A stretch of DNA of 32,000 nucleotides from contig OY760660.1 in NCBI GenBank assembly GCA_963663995.1, positions 1,140,001 through 1,172,000 on the forward strand, given 5' to 3'. Of this stretch, positions 15,377 through 28,927 are shown piece by piece. The notes below the pieces were generated by a model. That model saw nothing but the letters and a program-made list of their open reading frames with translations, did no database searches and was not told the DNA's origin. Numbering within the stretch: the stretch's first letter is position 1; each line of letters opens with the position of its first letter. A program made the position numbers and the translations under genes. The DNA comes from Erysipelotrichaceae bacterium (GTDB taxonomy: Bacteria > Bacillota_I > Bacilli_A > Erysipelotrichales > Erysipelotrichaceae).

Positions 15377-16155
15377 ATTGTGACACCTAACAATCCTAAA
15401 CAAACGGCCATTAAGACTAAATCTTTTGCCGTTCTTTTTAAAACTTTATAGCGCGTTCTTTCAGCAGAAGGTACATAGCCTCTTGCTTCCATCGCATCCG
15501 CTAATTCTTCAGCTCTTTGAAAACTAGAGACAAATAAAGGCACGATTAAACTTAAGACTGCCATTAATTTCTCTTTCAGATTTCCTTCTTTTAAATCAAC
15601 TCCACGACTCGCTTGTGCTTTCATAATTCGGTTTGTTTCTTCAATTAAAGTTGGAATAAAACGTAAAGCAATAGAAATCATCATCGCGATTTCATGGGCA
15701 GGAAAACCAAATCGTTTAAAAGGCTTGAGTAAATCCTCAATCCCTAATGTTAAATCTAAAGGTTTAGTTGATGCCGTAAGAATCGTTGTGGTCATAATCA
15801 TTAGCACTAATCTAACTGTGATATACGCTGTTTGACTTAAAGCATCACTGTATAAGGTGAATGAATACAATGTAAAAATAACTGTACCCGTTCTAAGGAC
15901 TAACGCATTAATAATCGTTAAGAAAACCAACATAAACATCATTGGCTTTAAGGATTTCACAATCATGCCTAAAGATAATTTAGAAATGAATAAAGCAACT
16001 AAAACGACCGCAGCAATTAAGCCATAGCTTTGAAAACCACTTGGGATAAAAATTGATATCATGACGATAAACATGGCCATGATTTTAAAGCGTGGATCCA
16101 TTCTATGCATAATTGAGTTTAAAGGTAGATAACGACCTAAAGCGATATTATTCAT
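15361..16155 (-). CDS. ecfT: ECF transporter transmembrane (T) component
   Basis: 264 aa membrane protein with the two conserved Ala-Arg-Gly coupling motifs (AQASRGV, AMEARGY). ATGA overlap with ecfA2. Confidence 0.92.
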   Translation of the reverse strand: MNNIALGRYLPLNSIMHRMDPRFKIMAMFIVMISIFIPSGFQSYGLIAAVVLVALFISKLSLGMIVKSLKPMMFMLVFLTIINALVLRTGTVIFTLYSFTLYSDALSQTAYITVRLVLMIMTTTILTASTKPLDLTLGIEDLLKPFKRFGFPAHEIAMMISIALRFIPTLIEETNRIMKAQASRGVDLKEGNLKEKLMAVLSLIVPLFVSSFQRAEELADAMEARGYVPSAERTRYKVLKRTAKDLVLMAVCLGLLGVTIWMSL

Positions 16156-17006
16156 CGGCCAATCTCCTTCTTAACAGCAGCCGCTAAATCATCCCATGAT
16201 TTAATCGCACCTTCTAATTTAAATCCACCCTCACGTAAACTATCAATAAGTCTTAAACGATAAGGTAGAGCCATTTCAATTTCTTTAACTCCACTATCTT
16301 TTTCAAAGAAATCCATGGTTTTTTGATGAGTAACGATCTCACCTTTTTTCATGACAATCACATTCTCACAATAATTTAAAACCTGATCCATATCATGGGT
16401 CACGATTAAAATCGTTTTATTAAAATTCTTATTTAAACTGATGAATAAATCCATCATCGATTTTGCACCTTGTGGGTCTAAACCAGCCGTTGGTTCATCT
16501 AAAACTAAAACATCTGGCTCAATCGCCAAAATACCGGCAATCGCAACACGTCTTTTTTGTCCACCTGATAAATCTAAAGGCGAGCGTTCAAAAAATGATT
16601 CATCTAAACCGACTTGTTTTAAAGCTGCTATCGCTTTTTCTTTAGCCTCAGCTTCATTCTTTTTAAAGTTCAAAGGACCAAACATAACATCTTTCAAAAT
16701 AGTTTCTTCAAATAATTGGTACTCAGGAAATTGAAAGACTAAACCGACTCTTTGTCTTAAATTTTTTAAATCTTTAACTTTCTCATTCGCTTTGATTTCA
16801 CGATCTAAGACTAAAACAGTCCCAGAACTAGGTAAAAGCAATCCATTAAGATGTTGGACTAAAGTGGATTTACCACTTCCTGTTGCCCCAATAATTGCAG
16901 ACACTTTATTAAGTTCGATGGCTAAATCAATATTTTTTAAAGCGACATATTCAAAAGGAGTTTTTGGGGAATATGTAAAACTTACTTTTTCAAAAGCAAT
17001 TGGCAT
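16152..17006 (-). CDS. ecfA2: ECF transporter ATPase component A2
   Basis: Walker A GATGSGKST, signature LSGGQKRRVAIAG, Walker B VLVLDEPTAGLD. Confidence 0.93.
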   Translation of the reverse strand: MPIAFEKVSFTYSPKTPFEYVALKNIDLAIELNKVSAIIGATGSGKSTLVQHLNGLLLPSSGTVLVLDREIKANEKVKDLKNLRQRVGLVFQFPEYQLFEETILKDVMFGPLNFKKNEAEAKEKAIAALKQVGLDESFFERSPLDLSGGQKRRVAIAGILAIEPDVLVLDEPTAGLDPQGAKSMMDLFISLNKNFNKTILIVTHDMDQVLNYCENVIVMKKGEIVTHQKTMDFFEKDSGVKEIEMALPYRLRLIDSLREGGFKLEGAIKSWDDLAAAVKKEIGR

Positions 17007-17812
17007 AAGTCATTTACCATCCCTTCACAATCCGTTGGATCTTTTGTATCTATCCCTAGTTTTTTAAGTGCATTCGCAAATTTAACAGAACTAGGCGCAT
17101 CAAGTTGTAAAGATTGAAGTTTAGCTTCATCCAACATAATTTCACTTGGCTTACCATCCATAACTATTTGACCTTGATGCATGACAATGACATGATCTGA
17201 TTTTAAGACTTCTTCGACATCATGAGTAATCGACAATAAAGTCATATTGTTTTCTCTATGCAACTCACCCACCAAAGCATTAATTTCATCTTTACCTTCA
17301 GGGTCTAACATCGAAGTCGCTTCATCTAAAATAAGAATGTCTGGCTTCATGGCTAATACACCCGCAATCGCAACCCGTTGTTTTTGTCCACCAGATAGTC
17401 TTGTTGGTTCATGGTCTAAATAATCTTGCATTCCTACTTGCGAGGCAAAATGTTGGATAATTCCATCCATTTTTTCAGTCTCAACTTGGTGATTTTCTAA
17501 GCCAAAAGCGATATCATCTTGGACCGTTGCACCAATGAATTGATTATCTGGATTTTGAAAAACGATTCCAACTTTGCGACGAATATCGCTTAAGTTGTCC
17601 ACCGTCATATCTTTTCCATCAATCTTAATTTCACCAGACTTCTTTTCTAATAGTCCAATCATTAATTTAGCAATTGTGCTTTTTCCAGAACCATTATGGC
17701 CAATGAGTGTTGTATACGAACCTTTTTCAACAGAAAAACTGACGTCACTCACAACGTCATTTTCTTGATCATATGAAAAATGTACATGCTTAAATTCTAT
17801 TGCTATGTTCAA
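16982..17812 (-). CDS. ecfA1: ECF transporter ATPase component A1 (TTG start)
   Basis: Walker A GHNGSGKST, signature LSGGQKQRVAIAG, Walker B ILILDEATSMLD. The first codon at 17812..17810 is TTG with AAGGA RBS. 25-nt overlap with ecfA2. Confidence 0.92.
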   Translation of the reverse strand: MNIAIEFKHVHFSYDQENDVVSDVSFSVEKGSYTTLIGHNGSGKSTIAKLMIGLLEKKSGEIKIDGKDMTVDNLSDIRRKVGIVFQNPDNQFIGATVQDDIAFGLENHQVETEKMDGIIQHFASQVGMQDYLDHEPTRLSGGQKQRVAIAGVLAMKPDILILDEATSMLDPEGKDEINALVGELHRENNMTLLSITHDVEEVLKSDHVIVMHQGQIVMDGKPSEIMLDEAKLQSLQLDAPSSVKFANALKKLGIDTKDPTDCEGMVNDLCQLLLKK

Positions 17813-17827
17813 ATTCTTATATCCTTT

Positions 17828-18298
17828 TTATCGACAATTCTCTAATATCCAACCTTGATAGATGGCATTTTCTTTATCAGCAATCTCTGCGATTTTAACA
17901 ATCGCATCAAAAGCTTGTTGCGCATTTGTATCAATACATTCAATCACTTTTAGGGAAAGACTTTCAGGTTGATCATTGACTTCATAAGCTAGCGCTCTCA
18001 GTTTATCAGCTAAATCTAAAGTTTTGCTTGAATCACTTAAATCGATGTGATGAACAATATCAATCTTCATTTCTTCAGGATATCCATCCATCATCACTTG
18101 ACACTGAACACGATAACTCTCTAAAAGCGTATCTGAAATTGCAGATTTTTCAGGAAGTTTGGGAAGTTGAACAGTTGTATTTTCTTCAACAACTCGTTCT
18201 TTTTCTTCTGTTTTAATAACTTTCTTTTTGTTCTTTAAAGCCGAGTAAGCTACAGCACCTGCCGCAACCACCGTTAATAGTGCAAGTCTTTTTTTCAT
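17828..18298 (-). CDS. Hypothetical membrane-anchored protein (156 aa)
   Basis: N-terminal hydrophobic anchor MKKRLALLTVVAAGAVAYSAL followed by a Lys/Glu-rich linker and an acidic about 100-aa domain. No lipobox Cys and no recognisable motif. AAGGA RBS, TATAAT at 18319..18324 upstream. Confidence 0.6.
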   Translation of the reverse strand: MKKRLALLTVVAAGAVAYSALKNKKKVIKTEEKERVVEENTTVQLPKLPEKSAISDTLLESYRVQCQVMMDGYPEEMKIDIVHHIDLSDSSKTLDLADKLRALAYEVNDQPESLSLKVIECIDTNAQQAFDAIVKIAEIADKENAIYQGWILENCR

Positions 18299-18330
18299 AA
18301 GTTTTTCCTTGTGTGATTATTATACAACAA

Positions 18331-18366
18331 AAATAAAAAACTCGTTTAATTCTAGGACTAAACGAG
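18331..18366 (-). terminator. Terminator at the end of the pyr operon
   Basis: Minus strand CTCGTTTA-GTCCTAGAAT-TAAACGAG followed by TTTTTTATTTTT. The stem includes the pyrE TAG stop (18358..18360). Confidence 0.8.
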
Positions 18367-18983
18367 CCATGAAGCTGGGTCTTTTTTCCAAGCTTTTAAT
18401 AAATCTAAATCACTTGCTTCGACAAATTTTTTCTCAACTGCGACATCCATTAAAACATCATAGTTAGATAATGTTTCTAAAGCTGTTTGATGCGCTTCGA
18501 AGTTTTGAGTCGCTTTAGGTAATAAATACGTAAAGATGGCACAAACAGATAAGACTTCAAGTCCTTCTTCTTTCAAAGCATCGACCGCCACTAAGACTGA
18601 ACCACCTGTAGAAATAAGATCTTCAATGACGACTACCTTTTGTCCTTTTGAAACACGACCTTCAATCAAATTTTCTTTCCCATGATCTTTTGCTTTAGAG
18701 CGAACATACACCATTGGTAGACCCATCTTTTGGGCAACCAGTGCTGCTTGTGGAATCCCCGCTGTCGCAACCCCTGCAATCACATCGACATCACTAAACT
18801 TTTCTTTAATTAAAGTCACAAAAGCATCCGTGATTCTTTCACGTACTTCTGGATAACTTAGGGTGATACGGTTATCACAATAGATTGGACTTTTAATCCC
18901 AGATGCCCAAGTAAAGGGTTCATTGGGTCTTAAACTAATCGCTTCAATCTCAAGTAAATCTTGAGCAATTTTCTTTTCTAAAT

Positions 18984-18987
<4 letters not shown>
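18358..18987 (-). CDS. pyrE: Orotate phosphoribosyltransferase
   Basis: PRPP-binding motif [13 protein letters not shown], 209 aa. Confidence 0.95.
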
Positions 18988-21353
<2,366 letters not shown>

Positions 21354-21357
<4 letters not shown>

Positions 21358-24300
21358 AGATGGTCTCCAATCGCTTCAACATTTAATAATCTTGCTTCTA
21401 AGACGCGAAGAATAGCTTCTGCGGTATCAAGTGATGTAAACAAGGCTACGCCATACTCAGTCGCAACTTTTCTAATTTGATAGCCATCACTACTTTGGCT
21501 CTTATCAACACCTATTGTATTGATAACCATATCGAGATGACCTTTTGCAAGTGCTTCTAAAATATTATTATTTTGAGCTGAAATCTTTTCTAAGATTTCG
21601 ACTTTTAATCCTTTTTCTTCGAAAGCTTTCGCCGTTCCTTTTGTTCCATAAAGTTTAAAACCTAAGTTCACAAAACGTTGAGCTAATAGAAAGGCTTCAT
21701 CCTTATGATTCTTATCGATGGTAAATAACACTGAACCAGCTTCTTTGAATTTAAATCCACTAGCGACAAATGCTTTGTATAGAGCTTTGTCGAGTGATGC
21801 GCCTGAACCCATAACTTCACCCGTTGATTTCATTTCAGGGCCGAGTGAACTATCCACTTTTTGTAGTTTAGTGAATGAGAAGACAGGTGCTTTAACATGA
21901 ATGGTTTCTGTTTCTTTTTGATAACCAGGTGTATAACCTAATTCTTTTAATGTTTTTCCTAAAATAACTTGAGTCGCAACATTCGCCATTGGAATGTTTG
22001 TGACTTTCGATAAGAAAGGTACTGTACGAGAAGCACGTGGATTAACTTCGATAACATAGACAATTTCATCTTGAATAACGAATTGGATATTCATCATCCC
22101 TAATGTGTTCATACCAAGCGCTAAACGCGTAGAGATATCAATAATATCAGCTTTAACTTTTTCACTTAGATGTTGTGGAGGATAAACAGCCATTGAATCC
22201 CCTGAGTGAACACCTGAGCGTTCAATGTGTTCCATAATTCCTGGAATAATGACATCCACTGTATCTGAGATAACATCGACTTCAACTTCTTTACCCACTA
22301 AGTAGCGATCGATTAAGATAGGTTTCTCATTCGAAATTTCACTTGCTTGAGTAACATATTCAGTTAGTTGATCATCAGATTGAACAATTTGCATACTTTG
22401 TCCACCAATAACATAGGATGGACGAACTAAAACCGGATAACCAATTTCAGTCGCAATCACTTGCGCTTCCGCTAAGTTATGAGCTGCTTTACCTAATGGT
22501 TGTTTGATTTTTAATTCTTTAAGGGTTGCTTCAAAACGTTTACGATCTTCCGCTCTATCCAAAGCATCTAAGTCTGTTCCTAAAATTGGCACATTCGCAT
22601 CAAATAATGTTTGGGCTAAGTTAATCGCTGTTTGACCACCAAACTGTAGAATAACCCCTTTAGGTTGTTCCAAATCGATGATGTTTAATACATCTTCTTT
22701 ATTAAGAGGTTCAAAGTATAACTTATCAGAAATTGAGAAGTCAGTTGACACCGTTTCCGGATTAGAGTTAATGATAATGGCTTCATAACCAGCATCTTGT
22801 ATTGCTTTAACACAGTGAACTGTTGCATAATCAAACTCAATACCTTGACCAATACGAATTGGTCCTGAACCTAAAACAATAATTGATTCTTTTTCTGTCT
22901 TAAAGCTTTCATTTTCTTCATCATATGTTGAGTAGAAATAAGGTGTACTTGATTCAAACTCAGCAGCACAAGTATCAACCATCTTATAGACGGGTAAAAC
23001 TTTGTTATCCTTACGATATTGGCGAATCTCATTGAAGTCTTTATTCCAAAAACCAGCAATTGCAGTATCTGAGAAACCATAACGTTTAAGTTCTGTTAAT
23101 GTTTCAATATCCTCAACATTTGATTTTGCTTTATCTTCTAATTCTATGATGTGTAATAGTTTATCCAAGAAGAAAATATCAATCTTGGTCAGTTCATTGA
23201 TTTCTTCAATCGTATAACCACGTCTTAATGCTTCAGCTATACAGAATAAACGATCATCATAGGCTTTTATGATATGAAGTTCTAACGTTTGATCATCCAT
23301 ATTAGCCGCTTCTTTAGTGTACATATGAGTGACACCTTGTTCGAGTGATCGAACGGCTTTTAAAAGGGATTCTTCTAAGTTACGACCTAAAGCCATAACT
23401 TCACCAGTTGCCTTCATTTGTGTACCTAATTTACGTTCACCTTGTTTGAACTTATCAAATGGCCATCTTGGGATTTTTGAGACAACATAGTCTAAACTTG
23501 GTTCAAATTGAGCATAGGTTGTTTGTGTTACTGGGTTTTTTATTTCATGTAAGCCTAAACCCACTGCAATCTTAGCCGCAATTTTCGCAATCGGATAACC
23601 AGTTGCCTTAGAAGCTAGAGCGGAAGATCGAGACACACGTGGATTAACTTCAATGACATAGTATTTATAAGAATTTGGATCTAAAGCAAGTTGTACATTA
23701 CATCCACCTTCGATTTTTAAAGCACGAATAATTTTTAAAGAAGCATCACGTAAGAGTTGAACTTCAACATCAGTCAGTGTTTGTGATGGCGCAAAAACAA
23801 TGGAGTCACCGGTATGCACACCCACTGGATCAAAGTTTTCCATATTACATACAACCATCGCATGGTCATATGCATCACGCATAACTTCATATTCAATTTC
23901 TTTAAAGCCAGCAATACTCACTTCAATTAAACATTGATGAACAGGTGATAGTTTTAAACCATTTTCAACAACATTTCTAAATATCTCTTCGTTTTCACAG
24001 ATACCACCACCTGTACCACCTAAGGTATATGCTGGTCGAACAATTAATGGATACCCTAAAGAACTTGCGAATTCTAGTGCTTCACTAAGACTTGTTACGG
24101 TTAAGCTCTCAGGAATAGGTTGCCCTAATCTCAACATTAATTGTTTAAAGAGTTCTCTATCTTCTGCTTCTTTAATCGCATTAAGTTTTGTCCCTAAAAT
24201 CTCAATCCCTAATTCATCTAAAAGGCCTGACTCAGCTAATTCTTTTGCCATGTTAAGACCGGTTTGTCCACCTAAAGTTGATAGAACAGCATCTGGTCTT

Positions 24301-24542
24301 TCTTTACGACAAATCTTTGAAACAAATTCATAACTGATGGGTTCAATATAAACACGATCAGCAATTTCTTTATCCGTCATAATCGTCGCTGGATTTGAGT
24401 TAATCAGAATAACTTCATAGCCTTCTTCTTTTAAAGCTAAACAAGCTTGTGTTCCTGCATAGTCAAACTCAGCTGCTTGGCCAATAATAATTGGACCTGA
24501 TCCAATCACAAGAATTCGTTTTATGTCTGTACGTTTAGGCAT
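21354..24542 (-). CDS. carB: Carbamoyl-phosphate synthase large subunit
   Basis: Duplicated ATP-grasp halves ([18 protein letters not shown] and [17 protein letters not shown]). Start placed at ATG 24542 ([14 protein letters not shown]) with AAGGAG RBS. Confidence 0.96.
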
Positions 24543-25620
24543 TCTTTTTCTCCTTCTCACGATCCATTAGATCCATAAATTCATCAAAAAGGTAAGTCGC
24601 ATCATGCGGACCTGGAGTTGCATCAGGGTGAAATTGAACTGAGAATGAAGGATGTTTTTTATAGGCTAACCCTTCAACCGTATCATCATTGATTTCACTA
24701 TGAGTTATACGCATTGTTTCTTTGTTTACTGATTTTGGATCAACTGCATAACCATGGTTTTGCGATGTAAAATCAATTCTTCCACTATCGACTTCTAAAA
24801 CAGGATGGTTAAATCCACGATGTCCAAATTTCATTTTGTAGGTACTTGCTCCATTAGCAATCGCTAAGAGTTGATGGCCTAAGCATATTCCAAAGATGGG
24901 TGCTTTGCCTAAGAGTTCTTTAATGACATCAATCGATCCTTGGACACTGGTTGGATCACCAGGACCATTGGTTAACATAATGCCATCAGGTTGTTGGGCT
25001 AATATTTCTTGAGCTGTTGTGGTATGTGGTAAAACCACACAATCACATTCGCGTTTTGCAAGTTCTCTTAATATCGAATGTTTGAGTCCGTAATCAACCA
25101 CAACAACACGACGTTTCGTTCCAGGATTTGGATAAGCATTTTTAGTTGAAACTTGTTCAACTTGATTACTCGGTAATTTTGTATCACGAATTTGATTTAA
25201 AACTTCTTCATCATCACGATCCACATTCACAATCATGCCTTTTAGAACACCATGATTTCTTAAGTTTTTAACAAGCGCACGGGTATCAATTCCAGCGATT
25301 CCAACAATCTTACGTTGTTTTAAGAATTCATCTAAAGACATATGTGTACGCCAATTGGATGGACGACGTGCAAGTTCCTTTACAATAATTCCGCGGCAAG
25401 TTGGTTCAATAGATTCATTATCATCACGGTTAATCCCTGTGTTTCCAATTAATGGATAAGTGAATGTAATGATTTGTCCGTTATATGATTGGTCAGTAAT
25501 GGATTCTTGATATCCACTCATTCCTGTCGCAAAGACAACTTCTGCATGTGCTTCACCATCATGGCCAAAACCTTCTCCGATGAATATGCTTCCATCCTCT
25601 AATATTAGTTTACGTTTCAT
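24535..25620 (-). CDS. carA: Carbamoyl-phosphate synthase small (glutaminase) subunit
   Basis: Class I amidotransferase with GICLGHQLL catalytic Cys. Start placed at ATG 25620 ([13 protein letters not shown]), ATGA overlap with pyrC. Confidence 0.95.
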   Translation of the reverse strand: MKRKLILEDGSIFIGEGFGHDGEAHAEVVFATGMSGYQESITDQSYNGQIITFTYPLIGNTGINRDDNESIEPTCRGIIVKELARRPSNWRTHMSLDEFLKQRKIVGIAGIDTRALVKNLRNHGVLKGMIVNVDRDDEEVLNQIRDTKLPSNQVEQVSTKNAYPNPGTKRRVVVVDYGLKHSILRELAKRECDCVVLPHTTTAQEILAQQPDGIMLTNGPGDPTSVQGSIDVIKELLGKAPIFGICLGHQLLAIANGASTYKMKFGHRGFNHPVLEVDSGRIDFTSQNHGYAVDPKSVNKETMRITHSEINDDTVEGLAYKKHPSFSVQFHPDATPGPHDATYLFDEFMDLMDREKEKKNA

Positions 25621-26882
25621 GAGTAGACCACCTTTCCATTTACAATCGTGCAGATACAATCTCCATAGACTTCTTTGCCAATAAACGGTGAGTTATTTGA
25701 CATCGAAGCAAATGGTTTTTGAATTGTAACTGTGTTATTTAAATCAAAGAGGGCACAATCTGCAACCGCTCCAATTTCTAATTGTGGATATTCAACTTCA
25801 ATACATTTTGCGGCATTGATTGAATAGTAATTAACAAGATCCTCTAAAGTAAAGAGTCCCTTTTTAACAAAGTCAGTATAGATTAAAGCAAAGTTATACT
25901 CTAAACCTAAGATACCAAACGGCGCTTTTAGGAAACCTCTCGCTTTTTCATCATCTGCATGTGGTGCATGATCAGAGGCAATACAATCAATGGTCCCATC
26001 GATTAGAGCTTCAATTAAAGCTTGTCGATCTTCTTTTGAGCGAAGTGGAGGATTCATTTTAAAGTTAGCATCATCATTTAGAATATCATCATCACTTAAG
26101 ATGAGATGATGTGGTGTCACTTCAGCCGTTACATTAATGCCACGACGTTTCGCATCTCTTATGACATCTACTGTTTCTTTACATGAGACATGACAAATAT
26201 GATAATGTACGCCACTTGCTTCAGCTAACACAATATCGCGTGCAACTTGCGCCGCTTCTGAAATCGCTGGAAGAACTGGTAGATTTAATCTTTGAGCAGC
26301 TCCATCATGACACACTCCATTGAGTTTTAAACTATCGTCTTCAGCATGAGCCACTATCACAGCATTGTTTTTCTTTGCTTCAAGCATTGCTTCATACATG
26401 ACTGCCGCACTTTGCACACCTAAACCATCATTACTGAAGGCCGTTGCACCAGCTTTTAATAAAGCATTTTGATCAACTGCTTCATCACTAATTAATCCTT
26501 TTGTGATACAAGCAAAGGTATGGGCATTGACAATCCCTTTTTCTTTAACGGTTTGATAAAAGGTTTCAACCATTTCAACACTATCCATCGCCGGTTTTGT
26601 ATTAGGCATTGCATAGATTTGAGTAAAGCCACCGCGTGCAGCTGCTCGACATCCTGTTTCTATTGTTTCCTTATGGGTAAATCCAGGTTCTCTAAGATGT
26701 GTATGGATATCAAGTAAGCCGGCCGTAATTAAACTTCCTTTACCATCAATTGCTGTATCATTTTTACGAAGAGCAATGTCTTTCGAGAATTCAGCAAATT
26801 TTCCATCTTCGATTCTTACATCGATTTTTTCTAAGTCATTACCTTTAATAATTCGTTTAACATTTTTGATGACTAAACTCAT
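25617..26882 (-). CDS. pyrC: Dihydroorotase
   Basis: Metal-binding motifs [11 protein letters not shown] and ASDHAPH, 421 aa. Confidence 0.95.
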   Translation of the reverse strand: MSLVIKNVKRIIKGNDLEKIDVRIEDGKFAEFSKDIALRKNDTAIDGKGSLITAGLLDIHTHLREPGFTHKETIETGCRAAARGGFTQIYAMPNTKPAMDSVEMVETFYQTVKEKGIVNAHTFACITKGLISDEAVDQNALLKAGATAFSNDGLGVQSAAVMYEAMLEAKKNNAVIVAHAEDDSLKLNGVCHDGAAQRLNLPVLPAISEAAQVARDIVLAEASGVHYHICHVSCKETVDVIRDAKRRGINVTAEVTPHHLILSDDDILNDDANFKMNPPLRSKEDRQALIEALIDGTIDCIASDHAPHADDEKARGFLKAPFGILGLEYNFALIYTDFVKKGLFTLEDLVNYYSINAAKCIEVEYPQLEIGAVADCALFDLNNTVTIQKPFASMSNNSPFIGKEVYGDCICTIVNGKVVYS

Positions 26883-27784
26883 ACTAATTCTCCTCGACTT
26901 TCTAAAATATTTTCTAAGATTGCCATGCGCATAAATACACCATTACGCATTTGTTCAACAATTCTTGATTTCTTTGCCTCAACACATTCATCCGCTAGTT
27001 CTACATCTCTATTTACTGGTGCAGGATGCATGATGATTGCTGATTCTTTTAATTGCTTATATCGTTTATGATTCAATCCATATTGTTCGTGATATTCTTC
27101 TTTACTAAAAGTTACACCACTTTCATGTCTTTCGTGCTGAACACGTAATAACATGCAGACATCAATTTCTTCTAAAACGCTATCCATTTCAACATATTGA
27201 CCATATTGGTTATAACTATCTTCATACCACTCTAGTGGTCCACTGAAATAAAGTCGTGCACCTAATTTACTTAGCATAATCGCATTAGAATGAGCCACTC
27301 GTGAGTTCTTTAAATCACCCGCAATTAAAATTTTTAAATCTTTGAAGCTATCAAAGTTTTCATAGATGGTCATCATATCTAGTAAACATTGAGTTGGATG
27401 TTGTCCTCGACCATCGCCACCATTAATGATGGATGCGGTAATATCACTTGGATTAATCAATGCTTTATAATAATCTTCTTCAAAATGTCGTATGACACAA
27501 ATATCGACACCGATAGCATTTAAAGTAAGTACAGTATCGTAAAGTGTTTCACCTTTTTTAACTGAAGATGTATTAGGATCAAATTCAATCACTTCTAAGC
27601 CTAATTTCTTTTCTGCCATTTCAAAACTACGATGTGTTCTTGTGGAAGCTTCAAAAAATAAATTACTTGCATATATCGTTCTTTTTGTTTGAATGGTCTT
27701 CCCATTCTTAAACTCAATCGCACTTGTAATAAGTTGATGAACATCATTTATATTTAACTCATCCATGCTGACTAAATGTTTCAT
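26879..27784 (-). CDS. pyrB: Aspartate carbamoyltransferase catalytic subunit
   Basis: Motifs [13 protein letters not shown] and HPAPVNR, 301 aa. Confidence 0.95.
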   Translation of the reverse strand: MKHLVSMDELNINDVHQLITSAIEFKNGKTIQTKRTIYASNLFFEASTRTHRSFEMAEKKLGLEVIEFDPNTSSVKKGETLYDTVLTLNAIGVDICVIRHFEEDYYKALINPSDITASIINGGDGRGQHPTQCLLDMMTIYENFDSFKDLKILIAGDLKNSRVAHSNAIMLSKLGARLYFSGPLEWYEDSYNQYGQYVEMDSVLEEIDVCMLLRVQHERHESGVTFSKEEYHEQYGLNHKRYKQLKESAIIMHPAPVNRDVELADECVEAKKSRIVEQMRNGVFMRMAILENILESRGELV

Positions 27785-27799
27785 TTTGAATCCTCCTTA

Positions 27800-27827
27800 T
27801 TAAAAAAGTGTTTATAAAGAAACACTA
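27800..27827 (-). terminator. Terminator/attenuator hairpin in the 43-nt pyrR-pyrB spacer
   Basis: Minus strand AGTGTTT-CTTTAT-AAACACT followed by TTTTTT, starting 1 nt after the pyrR TAA and ending just before the pyrB RBS (AAGGAGG). Confidence 0.6.
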
Positions 27828-28343
27828 TTAACGTTCAATAGACACCGCATCGATGTCATCATTTTCTATAAATTCTACGATTATACTTTCGCTTTGAGCT
27901 GTCGGTACATTTTTACCAATATAATCAGGTCTAATCGGTAACTCTCTATGTCCTCTGTCAATTAAAACAGCTAACTCAATTTTTTGAGGTCTAGAAACTG
28001 ACATAATCGCATCAAGCGCAGCTCTAATGGATCTACCTGTATATAAAACATCATCAACAATAACAACTTGCTTACCGGTAATATCAACTTTAAAGTTCAG
28101 CTTCTCACTAGTATGTGGACGATCATCTCTAAAATTACTGATATCGAGTTCTATCACATCAATCTTTGTGTTTTCTAAAGCATGTATACGCTTTTGAATA
28201 CGATTCGCTAATGTTACTCCACGTGTTTTTACACCCACAAGCACTAAATCACTCAAATCTTTGTGGTGTTCAATTAACTCAAAACTAATACGTGTTATTG
28301 AACGTTTCATTGTTTCTGCATCTAAGATCACTTTTTTCGCCAT
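27828..28343 (-). CDS. pyrR: Bifunctional pyr mRNA-binding attenuation protein / uracil phosphoribosyltransferase
   Basis: PRT motif VVIVDDVLYTGRSIRAA and conserved DRGHRELPIRPDY. First gene of the pyr operon. Confidence 0.95.
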   Translation of the reverse strand: MAKKVILDAETMKRSITRISFELIEHHKDLSDLVLVGVKTRGVTLANRIQKRIHALENTKIDVIELDISNFRDDRPHTSEKLNFKVDITGKQVVIVDDVLYTGRSIRAALDAIMSVSRPQKIELAVLIDRGHRELPIRPDYIGKNVPTAQSESIIVEFIENDDIDAVSIER

Positions 28344-28353
28344 ACTCTTACCT

Positions 28354-28450
28354 CATAAAAAATCCTTCTACGCTAAGAAGGATTGGTTTAAAAATTACGT
28401 GGTTTACGTATGTTTTTCCTTATCCGTCTCTCTGTACGTTCTTAAAGGGA
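28354..28450 (-). promoter_or_regulatory. PyrR-type transcription attenuator (binding hairpin, antiterminator, terminator) in the pyr leader
   Basis: Terminator AATCCTTCT-TAGCGT-AGAAGGATT plus TTTTT (28354..28386). Upstream hairpin CCCTTTAAGAACGTACAGAGAGACGGATAAGG (28418..28449) has ACAGAGAG in its loop, resembling the PyrR-binding UCCAGAGAGG motif. Its 3' AAGGA can alternatively pair with TCCTT of the terminator 5' arm. Confidence 0.65.
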
Positions 28451-28519
28451 TTTAACTTTGTACATACTTTAACACAATCACTACTCTCACACAAGTTATT
28501 TAAGTGAAAACTAAGTGAC

Positions 28520-28548
28520 ATAAAAAAGGAAGTCCGAAGACTTCCTTA
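28520..28548 (-). terminator. Terminator after rplQ
   Basis: Minus strand AAGGAAGTC-TTCG-GACTTCCTT followed by TTTTAT, 8 nt after the rplQ stop. Confidence 0.85.
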
Positions 28549-28555
28549 GTTTGAA

Positions 28556-28918
28556 TTAAACGAGTTCGATTGTAGCCATCGGTGCTGAATCCCCACGACG
28601 AACGTGAGTCTTAATAACACGAGTATAGCCACCTTTACGATCAGCGTATTTTGGTGCGATATCATCAAATAATTTTTGTACCGCTGTTTTACCTGTTGCT
28701 TTATCAGCAACAACATCTTTTACAAATGCTGCGACTTGACGACGAGCATGTAAATCGTTGCGTTTTGCAAGAGTGATAAGCTCATCGACCACTGAACGGA
28801 GGTCCATCGCTTTCATTTCTGTTGTTTCGATTTTTTCATGAACAATCAGACTAGTAGCAAGATTACGCAAGAGTGCTTTTCTGTGGTCAGCTTTACGACC
28901 GAATTTACGATTTTGCAT
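28556..28918 (-). CDS. rplQ: 50S ribosomal protein L17
   Basis: 120 aa, [25 protein letters not shown]... typical L17. Confidence 0.97.
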   Translation of the reverse strand: MQNRKFGRKADHRKALLRNLATSLIVHEKIETTEMKAMDLRSVVDELITLAKRNDLHARRQVAAFVKDVVADKATGKTAVQKLFDDIAPKYADRKGGYTRVIKTHVRRGDSAPMATIELV

Positions 28919-28927
28919 AGGTCCTCC

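Noticed and set aside
28261-28507. Two plus-strand ORFs (28261..28455, 28292..28507) across the pyr leader, considered as leader peptides or a divergent gene
   Set aside because: They are antisense to pyrR and its attenuator. The region is fully explained by the minus-strand terminator, antiterminator and binding hairpins.
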